From: Schmidtea polychroa
Lineage: Eukaryota
Direction of reading: 5' to 3'
Length of the DNA: 64,000 bases
Assembly: GCA_044892525.1 (NCBI GenBank)
Contig: CM097885.1
Location: 53,322,001 to 53,386,000, forward strand
Of this stretch, positions 13,757 through 25,725 are shown one piece after another. The translations under genes and the position numbers were made by a program. Position 1 is the stretch's first letter. Every line of letters begins with the position of its first letter. The notes under the pieces are model-generated. The model saw only the letters and a list, made by a program, of their open reading frames with translations, made no database searches and was not told the DNA's origin.

Positions 13757-13926
13757 TTGAATTTATTAAAAAGAGAGCTTGAAGACTATAAATCAGTAAT
13801 ATATCGATGTTTTTTGATACTCACGAATTTCACTTGAAAATGGTTGTGCCGAAAATTCGTGAGTATCAAAAAACATCGATATATTACTGATTTATAGTCT
13901 TCAAGCTCTCTTTTTAATAAATTCAA
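13757..13926. repeat. Long inverted repeat (~73-bp arms, ~20-bp loop)
   Basis: ttgaatttattaaaaagagagcttgaagactataaatcagtaatatatcgatg...cacgaatt followed by its reverse complement; a diverged single arm occurs at ~3740-3785. Confidence 0.9.
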
Positions 13927-13949
13927 CATATTTTTCTAGTATAATATAT

Positions 13950-14200
13950 ATTTCTAAATCACGAAATCCCTAACCTGATGAAAAGATTGGGTTAGTTGAC
14001 AGGAGTCGAAGTATTAATGAATTCGAACTGACAAAATACTATAGGACCGGCCCAAACAGATACCGGGTAATCGTATACGTAGAGCCTGCACAGTAAGTAA
14101 TGAATCAAATCGCAAGTCTGTGCAATCCAGAGCCAAGTTCAAATCTTTCTGACATCAAGACAACTCGGTGTATTCCAACGAGGTTAATGTAAATAGACAA
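13950..14200 (+). pseudogene. Fragment homologous to the 3' end of the giant-Gypsy exonuclease-like accessory gene
   Basis: Translates ...FELTKYYRTGPNRYRVIVYVE, matching FTLDKYYRTGPKKYRVNVYAE (minus strand ~21160-21230, across a frameshift). Confidence 0.6.
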
Positions 14201-14485
14201 ATTATTGATTAAATAGACAGTTTTTTTTGAACAATTCATTTATGTTTTATTTTAGTGATGAGCAATTGTAAATAATTTAGTGATGGTTTATGTGTTTATT
14301 CTTTTGTGTTAATGTATACTTAATTATCTTTAATATTATTCCTTTATTGTATGTACATCGATATAAATTTTAATATGCAAAAATTTGTTTTAAAGGGGAA
14401 TTAAAGTTAAGTGGAAAATTACAACTATCGTAGAATAATAATTTCACCTGGACACAAACTTCAAAAATGTTAAATAAGAATAAAT

Positions 14486-14495
14486 GATAATAATG

Positions 14496-14551
<56 letters not shown>
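14486..14551. repeat. (AAT)n microsatellite
   Basis: Direct reading. Confidence 0.95.
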
Positions 14552-14553
<2 letters not shown>

Positions 14554-14964
14554 TACATATTTTAAGTGTAATCACAACAATAACTATAACAGATAATAAT
14601 AATTTAAAATTTTATCAAGGGCACTTAAAAACAAATTAATTAAATTGTCATACACAGTAAGCACCAAAAATCAGTCTTAATTGTCCAAAAATTCAACCTG
14701 AGCAATTTAATCTAAAAGGTAAATCCTTCTTAGGTTTCAAAATACGACGTACAAACAAAACAGTTGAAAACTTGCAAGCAACATAGCACGAGTAATATAA
14801 AAAGCACACAATATACATTTGCACGCACGTTTTAGAAACGAATTTTGTGTGAATATCATTCAATGGAATATTGTAAAACCTTCTAAGACATTTTTGGTAA
14901 ATTTTTCTGTTAATAAATATTTAAAGTCTTTGTAATATTTGATATATATATATATATATATATG

Positions 14965-16234
14965 CAGGTAGTCCTCGACTTACGACCAAAATTATTTCCT
15001 AAAATTATTTTTCCCAATGGGCCTGATTTTTGTTTCGAACCGAACTAAAAAATTAAACCAATTAATTTTCCTTACTTAAACACTATTAAAAATATTCAGC
15101 ACTTTTAAATTGTTTAGCTACAACTATTTAAAAGTGCTGAATATTTTTTAAGGCTTGCTAATTTAATTTTTTACTAATTCTAAATTTGCTTTTGTTGTTA
15201 AAAACTAAAATAGTAGGTAACTTATAAAATTAATAGTGTTTGAGTTAGCCATCAATTTGAGTTAGCCATTTTAATTTTTTAAAAGTGAATAATTTTTTTA
15301 TCCCAAAAATGTCTGTGAATAATAGAAGTAGAAAAAATAAGAGAAGTGCTATAGTTTTAGAAATGAAACATAAGTTAATTAAAGAGCATGATAGTGGTAA
15401 AAAGGTGAAAGACATAGCACATGCCTTTAAACTATCCCATTCAACAATCTCAACAATTTTAAAAGATAAAGATCGAATTTTAAAAGTAGTTCGAGAATCA
15501 GCATGTATGCAATCTACAGTTATAACCAAAAAAAGGCAAGGGGCCATGCATGAAATGGAAAAGTTCTTGGTGATTTGGATAGAGGATTTGATCATAAAAC
15601 AAATTCCTCTTAGCCTCGCAATTATCAAAACTAAAGCTCTAAGTCTTTTTGAAATGTTGAAATTAAAGGGAGGGGAAGGCCATGATCAGACATTCATTGC
15701 AAGTAACGGCTGGTTTCAAAAATTTAGGAAACGAGCGAATTTACAAAATGTAAAAATCTCTGGAGAGGCAGGCAGTGCTGATAATAAAGCTGCTGAGGAT
15801 TTTGTAGCTAAATTCGATGATTTCCTTAAAGAAGAAAATTATACCAACGAACAAATTTTTAATGTTGATGAAACCGCGCTTTATTGGAAGAAAATGCCTG
15901 CTCGTACGTACATTCATAAGGAAGCAAAACGTATGCCAGGTTTTAAGGCACATAAAGATCACATCACAATTTTATTGGGCGTAAATATTGCTGGGTATAA
16001 ATTGAAACCTCTTGTAATACATCGATCAAAAAAACCAAGAGCATTTAGAGGAGTGGATATCAATATGTTACCAGTACATTACCGCACAAATAAAAATGCT
16101 TGGATGACGCAATTACTTTTTGAGGACTGGTTTATAAAGGTATTTGCGCCTGAAGTAAAAGAATATTGTAATCGACAGGGCATTGCTTTTAAAATCCTCT
16201 TATTACTGGATAATGCACCTGGACACCCACCATA
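14965..16234 (+). mobile_element. pogo/Tigger DNA transposon, 3'-truncated by a nested insertion
   Basis: Left TIR CAGGTAGTCCTCGACTTACGACC just after a (TA)n run; transposase ORF follows; sequence switches at a TA into another element at 16235. Confidence 0.88.
15309..16234 (+). pseudogene. Tigger/CENP-B-like transposase (HTH_psq, CENP-B HTH, DDE_1), truncated
   Basis: STISTILKDK, FIASNGWFQKFRKR, IFNVDETALYWK, NAWMT and LLLLDNAPGHP motifs; the third catalytic residue region is lost. Confidence 0.9.
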
Positions 16235-17160
16235 CAGGGTTTTTCAATTGAAATCAGATTTTTTTCAAATGAATTCAGAATTTTTTCAAATGAAATCAGA
16301 ATTTTTTCAAATGAAATCAGAATTTTTTCAAATGAATTCAGAATTTTTTCAAATGAAATCAGAATTTTTTCAAATGAAATCAGAATTTTTTCAATTGAAG
16401 TCAGAATTTCTTTAATAGAAATCAGAACTGTTTTAAATTGAATTCAGAATTTTTATGGGCTCAATAGCTTCCGCAGTGTTGCGGGCAGTGGGAATTAAGG
16501 CTACTCGTTTAAAAGAGAAATTAAAGTCTTTGATTGACCTATGAATTGTGGCCAACGATACGATAACATTCATAGACTCACTCAAACTTCTTTTCATACC
16601 TCTCAACGGAGTAGAACAATCATCGGAAATTTTTTCTTTTAGAAAAACTAAATGCTCTTCGCTCAATTTTTTGGACTTGCACCCTCTATCTTCCATTTTA
16701 TCAATCCTTCCTGTCGTCTTGTAAATGCTAATAATACTATAAACAGTTTTATAGTTCATAACGAGATCTGCAGCAATTTTTTTACGCTTTGGCCGGAATC
16801 AAATTTGATACATATAAGTTTTCTCGCAGCATTGTTCAATTGTGATTTTTTTGTTGGAGGTGTCTTATGGTTCATTGATTTTGAAAAATATTAATATTTT
16901 ATGGATATTATATATACTAGTTCTAGTCTTTCATTTTAAAGTTCCCAAAGTTCATGTAAGTAGATATAGGTTGAAAGTTTCGACACTTCAGTAAAACAAT
17001 TTTATCTTCAGTAGTATTAAATAAAAAATACAATTATCATTAATATTAATTTAAATACATTTATATATTCCAAAACACAATTTACACTAATAATTTTTCT
17101 TTTTAAAATAAGTCTAAATAAAGTATTAATGTCACTATGTTAACAATAAAAAATATTCTA
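16235..17160 (-). mobile_element. Deleted Tc1/IS630-like element (right end not found)
   Basis: Begins TA|CAGGGTTTTTCA like element 750-1272; ~9 tandem 21-bp units (aaatgaaatcagaattttttc); HTH/winged-helix remnant on minus strand 16433-16875 (YKTVYSIISIYKTTGR...VSLATIHRSIKDFNFSFKR). Confidence 0.8.
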
Positions 17161-17163
17161 AGT

Positions 17164-20040
17164 CAGTGGTTCTTAACCTTTTTGGAGGTACCGAACCCCA
17201 CCAGTTACATATGCGCATTCACCGAACCCCTACTAATTTTAAAAATGAAATTAGATTTTTCAAATTCAAAATATGGTATATATTTATATATAGGTGTACA
17301 AAATGAAAAAAAAATAAAGATCAAAACATTAAATTTTAATGGTTAAATCAAAGCATGATATTAATTAATATTTACTTCAAATAAGTATGACTTCTGCTGT
17401 TGCCTTTCAGAAACAAATTCAGAAATTCGCGGCTTTACCTTGGTAAGTGCCACTCTCATGTCATTTTGACAACAAAGTCTATTCCTCCTCTTCGTTTTTA
17501 TATCCAGCATCTTCGAAAAGGATTGCTCGCAAAGATATGTGGTAACAAACGGTATAAAAATCTCCAGAGCTTTCTTAGCAATAACAGGGTATATTTCCAT
17601 TTGTTGACACTAAAACGTTGAGAGCGATGTTGTTCTGAGGAGTTGCTGTTGAACCTGGCTCTGTTGAATTTCAATGATTTCATCAAGGTATTCATCATTG
17701 ATGTTGATTGCTGTCTCAACACTAAACGTGAACGGCTGTCTCATCCATGTTGGATATGACTCTCTTGTATGGAAGTATCCATCGAGAGAGTTTGCAAGCT
17801 CATCTAAGTGCGTGGCAATTGCTTGCTTCAGGTACATTTTCCTTCTTATTTACACAGTCGTCTAGCAGGGGAAAGTTTGCAAAGTTATCGTTCTCTGTTC
17901 ATCGTTTCCATAACGGTAACTTTTTTTGAAAAGCCTTCAGGCCTTCTTCCGCTTCGATGATGTTGACTCCACCGCCCTGCATCTGTTTATTGAGATGATT
18001 GAGAGCTGCGAAGATATCAACCATGTACGCTAAAATGAGAGTGAACTCAGAATTTTGAAGCAATCTGCATGACAATGTTAGTGCTCTTGTAAAAACTGGG
18101 CTAATTCCACACGCAAGGCAAAAACACGATTCAGCACCTCTCCTCGGGACAACCACCGAAGGTTAGAATGGTACAGAAGTACCTCGAATTCTGATCCCAT
18201 TTCATTACAAAGCTCCTTGAAGATGCGGTGCCTCAGAGCACTATTTCGCACATAGTTCACGCAATCCACTACAATCTTTAATGCTTCTGCCAGTTTTGGA
18301 GGTAAGGTTTTTGTTGCTAACGCATGCCTGTGTAGAATACAATGCGTAACAATAATGTGTGGTGCATCGGCTTTCACTAACGCACCAAAACCAGACTTTC
18401 TTCCCAACATGGTTGGAGTTCCGTCTGAACAAACTGCAGAAACCATCTCCCACAAAAGATTGTTGTCTTTGAAAAAGTCATCCACAAGTTTCTTCACATT
18501 GGCTCGCTTAGTTGTTGTTGTAAGAGGCTTACAAAATAAAAATTCTTCCTTTATCTCGTTGTGTTTCACATAGCACACGAATACTGCAAGCTGGCTTAAA
18601 TTGGAAACGTCTGTGGTCTCATCAAGTTGAAGGCTGAATTTTGCCGGGCTTGAAATCAGATCTGCAACTACTTGAGCTAAGATGTCTTTGCTCAAGTTCT
18701 CTATTCTGTCGCTGATGGTGTCATTTGAAAGAGGAATTGGGGATAACTTATATTCAACCTCTTTTCCTAGCATGATATTCACCATCTTCAACATAGCTGG
18801 TTTTATGAGTGTTTCACCAATGGTTTGTGCTTTGTCCTGCTTTGCGATCAGGTAAGCAACTTCGTACGGTGCTGTGAGGATCGGTTTGTTGACGGGTACA
18901 AAGTCGAGTACAGACAGAGTAGTCTTTTTGTCAAATCTGGCTCTCTTCACCTTGAATTCAGCGAGCGTTGTGTTCTTGTATTTTCCATCTCCATACAGCT
19001 TAAGGAAGTGTTCTTTTAGTTTTGGTGGTGCTAGACTAGAATTACTCAACTTGGCATTGCAAATCATGCAGCAAGAATGCTGACTCCCATCACGTTCCGT
19101 TTTACATGTGAATCCATATTGCACATATTCATCCGACCACTTTCTTTTTTTTCTCGAGATAGTTAGTGCGAAGGGATAATGATAATATATAATGATTATA
19201 TGATTCTTCATTCTTATTCTTCATCAAACCATAAACTAGCGGGACGTAAATATTATTTACGTATGCTGAAATGGTGTAAAAGAGCTGTGTAGACCCCTTA
19301 AGAGATATTCAAAGGTCCCGTCACATATCCAAATCTTCGAAAAACTCAAATGTATTAAATTCTCATAAGTTGTAAACATTACAACTCTGTTAACGTCATC
19401 AATTCTTGTATCCAACTCTAAGAAATTTTGTTGCCTTAGTGTTGTTTTGATATAATCAGTGATTCAATCAAGAAGGTTTATAGATGATATTCCAAGATCC
19501 TTTCTTCTTCTTGTTATTTCATCCCTTAAATTCACTAATTTCGGAAAAAATAATGAAATTTCTTCCGGTTCACTTCCAATTATGGTGTTGACAATATCTC
19601 TCAGTGTTTCATTAGTATCTAGAGATCGTAATTTAATTTTGAATTTTAAATTTCTGCTTTCACTTTAATATAATCACTGTTATGATCATGTCCCATGACG
19701 TAAGTGGGGATGTTATTAGCATCAGTAAGCAGCTTACCTCCACAGGTTTTTGATATACATCTCCAATGTATTCCATCTTTGTTCTCCGTCCTTATGTTAT
19801 AAAGATGGCCATCATATGCAAGTTTCGGTTTGCCTTTAATGCTTAGCATATGAAATGGTTCCTCAGGATTGAATTTGAACATAAAATAAGGATCTATTTA
19901 ATTTGGGTGAAAACCCGGCAAGCCATGTGAATCCATATTGCAAATATTCATCCGATCACTTTTTTTTTACTCGACATAGTTAGTGCGAAAGGATTAAATA
20001 TTAAAATATTAAGAATGGCATCACACGACATAAGATACAC
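17164..20040 (-). mobile_element. Buster-type hAT element (ZBED5/SCAND3-like transposase), degenerate
   Basis: TIR CAGTGGTTCTTAACCT at 17164 preceded by an nnnTAnnn 8-mer (TTCTAAGT); transposase pieces 17361-19170 with QLDETTD, CSDG, HCILHRHAL, RWLSRG and TTYLCEQSFS; several frameshifts; other TIR not located. Confidence 0.85.
19255..19882 (-). pseudogene. MULE/Mutator transposase 5' fragment with FLYWCH zinc finger
   Basis: KLAYDGHLY...IHWRCISKTCGG...HDH (FLYWCH), continuing across stops/frameshift to KIWICDGTF (first catalytic D motif of MULE). Confidence 0.8.
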
Positions 20041-21294
20041 AGAACACACCACTAATTTGTGAGATAACCGGTACTGTGTAGTGTCAAAAAACGAATCGTC
20101 AAGATGGAGGGTATATCGTGACAATAGAATTTTGCCGTTATGGAGCATAGAGTGTAAACATGTTCTTTTGTTGAGGTCTCGATATTCGGGAACACTCAAC
20201 TTACTGGTTCTTATATAAATAACAAAACAAATAAAGACGTATATAAAGGTTTATTGAAAGTAAAATTTACCAAATATAATCCAATTACAATTCTGAACAA
20301 TCGATACTCGTTTGTTAAATTCTCCAACTGAAATGCGTGCAAAAGAAAGTATGTTTATTGTTATTTGTTGTGTGTGCGTGTTGTGTCTTCGTAAGCTTTT
20401 ACTATTTGTGAATCGTTTTGTGCTGATTCAAATGATTGAATTATCCTCAGGATTTACCTTCGAATATAAAATCTTTGCGCTATTTTTGGGCGACTAAAAC
20501 TAATTTTTTGTCGCTATTTATACTATTTTTACGGGCAGCTGTTGTTAATTTACATACTTAAAATTTAATTGATTATTATTCTCATACTTAAAATTTTAAT
20601 TGATTATTATTTCCTAGTTTTAAAATTAATTATTTTATTTAAAGTGTTATTGTTTTTTGTCAAAATTTCTCAGCTGTTCTAAACCAGCTGTTCTAAAAAA
20701 TTCTTTCTTTACAATTCGTTTGAAATATAAAATTAATTGAAGTTTACAATTAAAAATTGAATTTTGAAATTTATTGTTATTAGTTTGAAATATCAAATTA
20801 AAATTATTAAAATATTTTTCCCTTGTATATAATTAAGATGTTAACTAATAAAATCTATTAAATACATACACCCGATAAAATATTAACATTCTACATAAAT
20901 ATTCAAACGGAAAATAAGATAAAAATATTCAGACGGAAAATAAGATAAAATATACATATAAATAAGATAAAATATACATGGATTGTCACAATTGTTAATA
21001 AGATAGAATAGTCAATTATATTTACACAATTGTTGATAAGATAGAATATGCATAGTTTGCTCGACGATTTAGTCAGTTTTCAGATTGCTGGGTTGTCTTT
21101 GGGTTGAATTGATTTGCTTGAAATTGGGTTGTTTGTTGGAATATTTATCTATCTGCGCTCTTCGGCGTACACATTTACTCTATATTTTTTGGGCCCTGTC
21201 CTGTAGTATTTGTCTAGGGTAAATGTAGTGATGGGCCTACCCTCATCATCTAACATTCCTCCCTGGGCCGTTAAGATAATGTCCGCATTATCTC

Positions 21295-22464
21295 TTATAT
21301 ATCTTCCGACATTTCTCTAACTCCCATAACATTATAGAGATCTAATGTGAGAGCTTTGAGTTTTCCAATGATGTCGAATCCTACGACTATTTTTCCGCAA
21401 AGTAACTGTTGGATTTCGACCAGTGCTTCGTATTCATCTTTATTTCCGATGATATTTTCCTTGTTGGCCTTTGTCTTCTCTGGATAATAATGTAGGATTT
21501 TCGTTCTAGGTGTAATTTTCTCATCAAATATTGTTACACCCTTAAAATTCCGTATGCTGACCTCTACTGGCCTTAAGTTATTGTTAATGTCGCATACTAA
21601 TTTTGCATCTACAAACATTATCAGATGATGTCTCTCCGCCGTGGATAATTCTTTGTGGGTAAATGACATTTTTCTTCTGATGAAATCTCCATGCATATAA
21701 ATGTTTGATTTAATGAGTTCCAACTGCTGAAATGGATTTGGGATAGTGGGTATGTATAATATTTCGATCGCTATGACACAGGGTAGGCTGTTCATTTGGA
21801 CTATCAATTCATTGTAGTCGTTTGGGACACTCCGATCATTTTTTGTAGTTTTCATTGTTATGGTGCAATTGCTCGTGGTGATTAACGGTATCCTTTGTTG
21901 GCATATTGCTACCTCTGTTTTTGTGATGTGAAATAAAATTCTATGGGGCACTTTCTTTCCAGCTCTTGCAGCCTCCTCTGCATTAGGGAATTTGTCATAC
22001 GCTCCGATTAATTCTCTTAATTTGACTCTTCTTGCTTCGTTAAATTTGATAAGATGCAATTCCCTTTCTTCTATCTCGATTTTCATATCATTAAGAATGC
22101 ATACTTGGTTGGGGAAACTTCTAATAGTAATGGGAGTACCATCTGTGCTGATCTTATTTTGCAGGTTTTTATAGAAACTGTGGTAGTGTTTCTGTAACAT
22201 TGGCACATATTGCCTTTTCTGAGTTTCAGGATTTCGCTGAGGTTTTGTTTTTTGAGAATGCATGTGAACTGACGTATGTGGGTGCATTGATTTGTTTGAA
22301 TGAAGACGATTGGATTGATTAGATTGGCTGATTTGATTTTGGGTTATTGGAGGATCGATTTGATTAGACTGATTTATTTGGGGATTGATTTGACTGAATT
22401 GATTCGATAAACTTCTTATTACTATTCTAAAAACAAATAATAAATAATTATGCTTGTTGCGCAT
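21295..22464 (-). CDS. Accessory gene of the older giant Gypsy: Q/N-rich N-terminus plus degenerate DEDDh (REX4/ISG20-like) exonuclease domain
   Basis: MFVDAKLV..RPVEVSIRNFKGVTIFDEKITP..ILHY..EIQQLLCGKIVVGFDIIGKLKALTL parallels the REX4 pattern ALDCEMV..ARVSIVN..G..LYD.YVKP..V.DY..V..LL.GRILVGH.L.NDL.VL.L; lies directly downstream of the polyprotein on the same strand. Confidence 0.6.
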   Translation of the reverse strand: MRNKHNYLLFVFRIVIRSLSNQFSQINPQINQSNQIDPPITQNQISQSNQSNRLHSNKSMHPHTSVHMHSQKTKPQRNPETQKRQYVPMLQKHYHSFYKNLQNKISTDGTPITIRSFPNQVCILNDMKIEIEERELHLIKFNEARRVKLRELIGAYDKFPNAEEAARAGKKVPHRILFHITKTEVAICQQRIPLITTSNCTITMKTTKNDRSVPNDYNELIVQMNSLPCVIAIEILYIPTIPNPFQQLELIKSNIYMHGDFIRRKMSFTHKELSTAERHHLIMFVDAKLVCDINNNLRPVEVSIRNFKGVTIFDEKITPRTKILHYYPEKTKANKENIIGNKDEYEALVEIQQLLCGKIVVGFDIIGKLKALTLDLYNVMGVREMSEDI

Positions 22465-22563
22465 TTGAGGTTTACCCTTATACGCAGTTATATAAATAGT
22501 AATATATATATACTTTTATTATATATCATTGACCAATTTATGTAATTAAAATTTTTTAAGTTA

Positions 22564-25311
22564 TTATACCAGTGTGGACAGAGTATATTGGCCAGGGATA
22601 TATTTGTCCAAGTGAAAATGCCCTGGTGCTTCTTTGACCAGTCGGTGCCGATACCGCTGCCTTTTCCACTTGTACTTTTTATAAACTTGTACACTAGTGA
22701 CAATTGCTAAGATCGCGAATGATACTACACTTGTAGCTATTACATAAAAAGGCCATTGCGGTTTGCTTGCTTTCTTTTGAAATACTTGTAATTCATTCCA
22801 GTTATTTATAACTATCGGTTTTCCTGTAGGTAGTCTTATCAGTTTCCTATCAGACTGTCCTGGATTTTTCATTATTAATTTTTTATATATTTGTCTAACC
22901 GCTTTAAATGTCGTTTTCCTATATATATTCGTTATCGTTTGTGATATAGGATGTGTGGGTGTTGAATTTATAGTAATTGTTTTTCTGGATGTTGATACCC
23001 TTTTCTTTTTTGGTTTTTTTATTCTAAGTCTGTTTATTTTAGTAGTTTTTAGTCTTTTGCACCTTATCTGTGATGTGTCAACTAATGTATTCCATTGTGC
23101 ACAAAGTGTGTAATTAGTGTTGGGTTGTAGATTTCCGAATTCAACATTATCCCCTCTTTCAAATTCATTAGTTGATCTATTTTCAATTTTTTTCATAAGT
23201 TTGGGTATATTATCCCTAGTTTCCAGATACAAGTCTCTTATTGGTGATTTATTTAAGTTATATACTCTAATTTTATATGGTGAAATGTTGATTAAAATAT
23301 CTTCAGCCATGTATTCTACTGAGTGTATGTTTTCGTTTTCTACTTCAGTTGATTTACACAACCCTATAATTGTTAAAAATGTCGCTGCCATCCTCAGTGC
23401 TTTTTGCGATCGTAATCCATATTTGTGAGGTGGTTTTTCTACTAACTCTGTTTCTGCTAATTTGCATCTGTTAACATGTACTATTATAGGATCCTCATTT
23501 TTATGTTTTTGTAAATGCAGGTTTTCATGTATTACTTTTACTACCTCGTATGGTCCTTTAAATGGTCTTGCTAATTTAGTTGTTTTGCCTTTTCCTACTT
23601 GTGGAGACATAAGTCTAACCTTATCTCCCACTTTAAAATTATGAGGTTTGCTATTTTTATCGTAATCTGCTTTATATTGTTCTTGTCTGAATTTAACTTT
23701 TAAATTTGCAACCTTGTATACCTCTTGTAATCTCTCTTGCATTAATGTTACATAATCTGGCGCATCTAAATATTGTGATACTCGAGGCTCAAAAATTGTA
23801 TCAATCGGTGTCGCAGGCTCTCTTAAGAACATTAGAAAATATGGTGAATATCCCGTTGTCTCATTTGGTGTGATATTATGGATGTATGTACATTGATTAA
23901 CGTATTCATCCCAATCATTTTGGTTTTTTCCCACAAACACAGCTAATCTACTTAGCAATGCCCCATTGAATCTCTCTACTAAACCATCGGTCTGAGGGTG
24001 GTATGCTGTTGTGTTGATTTTATGCATGTTAAATATGTTAGCTACTCTTTTTATAGTTTCACTCATGAAATTTTTCCCTTTATCTGTTAATAATTTTCTC
24101 GGTGTACCGATTTTAAAGATTATTTTTTCCACAAGTAATTTAGCTACTGTTTCTGCTGTTTCATCTTTTGTAGGGAATGCCTCTGCCCATTTTGTAAAAT
24201 AATCGCTAAAAACTAGTATGTGCTTATTCCCCTTAATTGTTGTGGGTAGTTTACACAAAAAATCCATTGCGCACAATTCCATTGGTGATGTTGTAGCTGG
24301 GATTGGATGTAAAGGTGCTTTAGTTTTTGTTCCTGTATTTTTTCTAGTTGCGCATATTGTGCATGCATTACACCATCTCTTGACATCCTTTTTCAAATCG
24401 TCCCAATAATATTTTTGCATCAATCTGCTTGCTGTTTTCCTACTTGACAAATGACCTCCTAAAGCACCATCGTGGTATTGTAACAGAAGAATTTGTCTTA
24501 ATCTTTGTGGTACTACTATTAATTGTTTACCGCTAAAATCCTCAATAACAATTAACTTCTTACAGATTTTATACTTTTGGTTAGTTCCCTTTTTTATTTC
24601 TTCTCTTATCTTGAAGAGTTCTGGATCTTTCATTTGTTCCTCATATATTTCTATTGGTTTTTCGGTTACTAATGCAAAAACTTCTAGTGCTCCTAACTCT
24701 GGAATTCGTGATAATGCATCTGCATTCCTGTTTATTCTACCTGGTTTATATGCAATCTTTATGTGCATGTCTTGTATTTTCATTGCCCATTTTAACAGTC
24801 TACTGGATGTATCTTTATGTTTCCATAACCCTTCTAATGGCTTATGGTCTGTTCTAATTACTACTTCAGTTCCATATATGTATGGTTTAAATTGTTTTAA
24901 TGCAAAAACTATAGCATAACATTCTTTCTCAATTGTTGAGTACCTAATCTGTGTTCCTTTTAATGTTTTGCTTGCATAAGCTATTACATAATCTTTACCC
25001 TTTTCCTCTTCTTGTCCTAAGACTGCCCCTACGGCCTTCCCGCTGGCGTCTGTCATGACAATAAACTGTTTTTTAAGGTCTGGGTATCTTAGTATCGGTG
25101 CTGTTATTAATTTTTCTTTTAGTTGACCAAAAGCTTTTTGATGTTCATCTTTCCATTTCTTTTGTGGCTTGTTAATTTTATCGTTAATTTCCTGCACTAT
25201 TAACACTCCTTTACTCTCTCCCTTTGTTTTGACTCCTTTTGTTAATTCAATTAGTGGTGCTGCTATTTTTGCATAATCTTGTATGAATTTACGATAATAT
25301 CCTGTGAGACC
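22564..25311 (-). pseudogene. pol: Older giant Gypsy polyprotein, C-terminal part: RT connection, RNase H, integrase, signal-like segment, FN3-like ectodomain, TM
   Basis: GLTGYYRKF, MTDASG, RTDHKPL, HDGALGGH..CTIC, MDF/TDKG/GLVERFN, GPYEV; then MAATFLTIIGLCKS, FGNLQPNTNYTLC and WPFYVIATSVVSFAILAIVTSVQVY. Confidence 0.92.
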
Positions 25312-25725
25312 TGGTGGGTTACAGGTGGTCGAATGATTAAGTGCTGCTACCAGCGTAACCCAACATGCAACATTGTTTTTCCGCTTGGTACCCGTTGAGT
25401 GATCAACGTTGGTACTGTACCAAGGGTTGAGTACCCGCAAAAAGTGAGCGCATCAACGCACTATAATTGTCGAGTACTCCACGGGTTCACGGACTACCGT
25501 TAGAAGGTTTGTGTCCGATTTCCTCAGGTCCCCTATTCGAAATTGTTTTCCCAACTCTCAACACCTCGGTTTTCAGTCACTCAACGTTTGCAAACAATAT
25601 ACTTCATCCATTAATTTAACTAAATTTGTATTTAGACATTAGCAATAAACAACCAAAAAAAAACTCAATATATCTAGCACAAGTGACTGTTCACATCGCG
25701 GGAATTACATTGGTGTAGGTTTTTC

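Noticed and set aside
14370..14558. Poly-Tyr ORF
   Set aside because: Translation of an AAT microsatellite
15088..15150. 22-bp-arm hairpin upstream of the Tigger ORF
   Set aside because: Real but short and AT-rich; no basis to call a terminator or RNA gene in eukaryotic transposon DNA
16235..16415. FFQMKSE-repeat C-terminus of the 376-aa Tigger ORF
   Set aside because: Read-through into the inserted element's repeats, not part of the transposase
20050..21050. Candidate 3' LTR of the older giant Gypsy
   Set aside because: No TG-NTGGG/CCCAACA termini or partner copy visible in the window; boundary unresolved
25312..25440. N-terminal 43 aa of the 958-aa ORF 22564-25440
   Set aside because: Derived from the inserted LTR by chance in-frame read-through; the real protein continues at 61582
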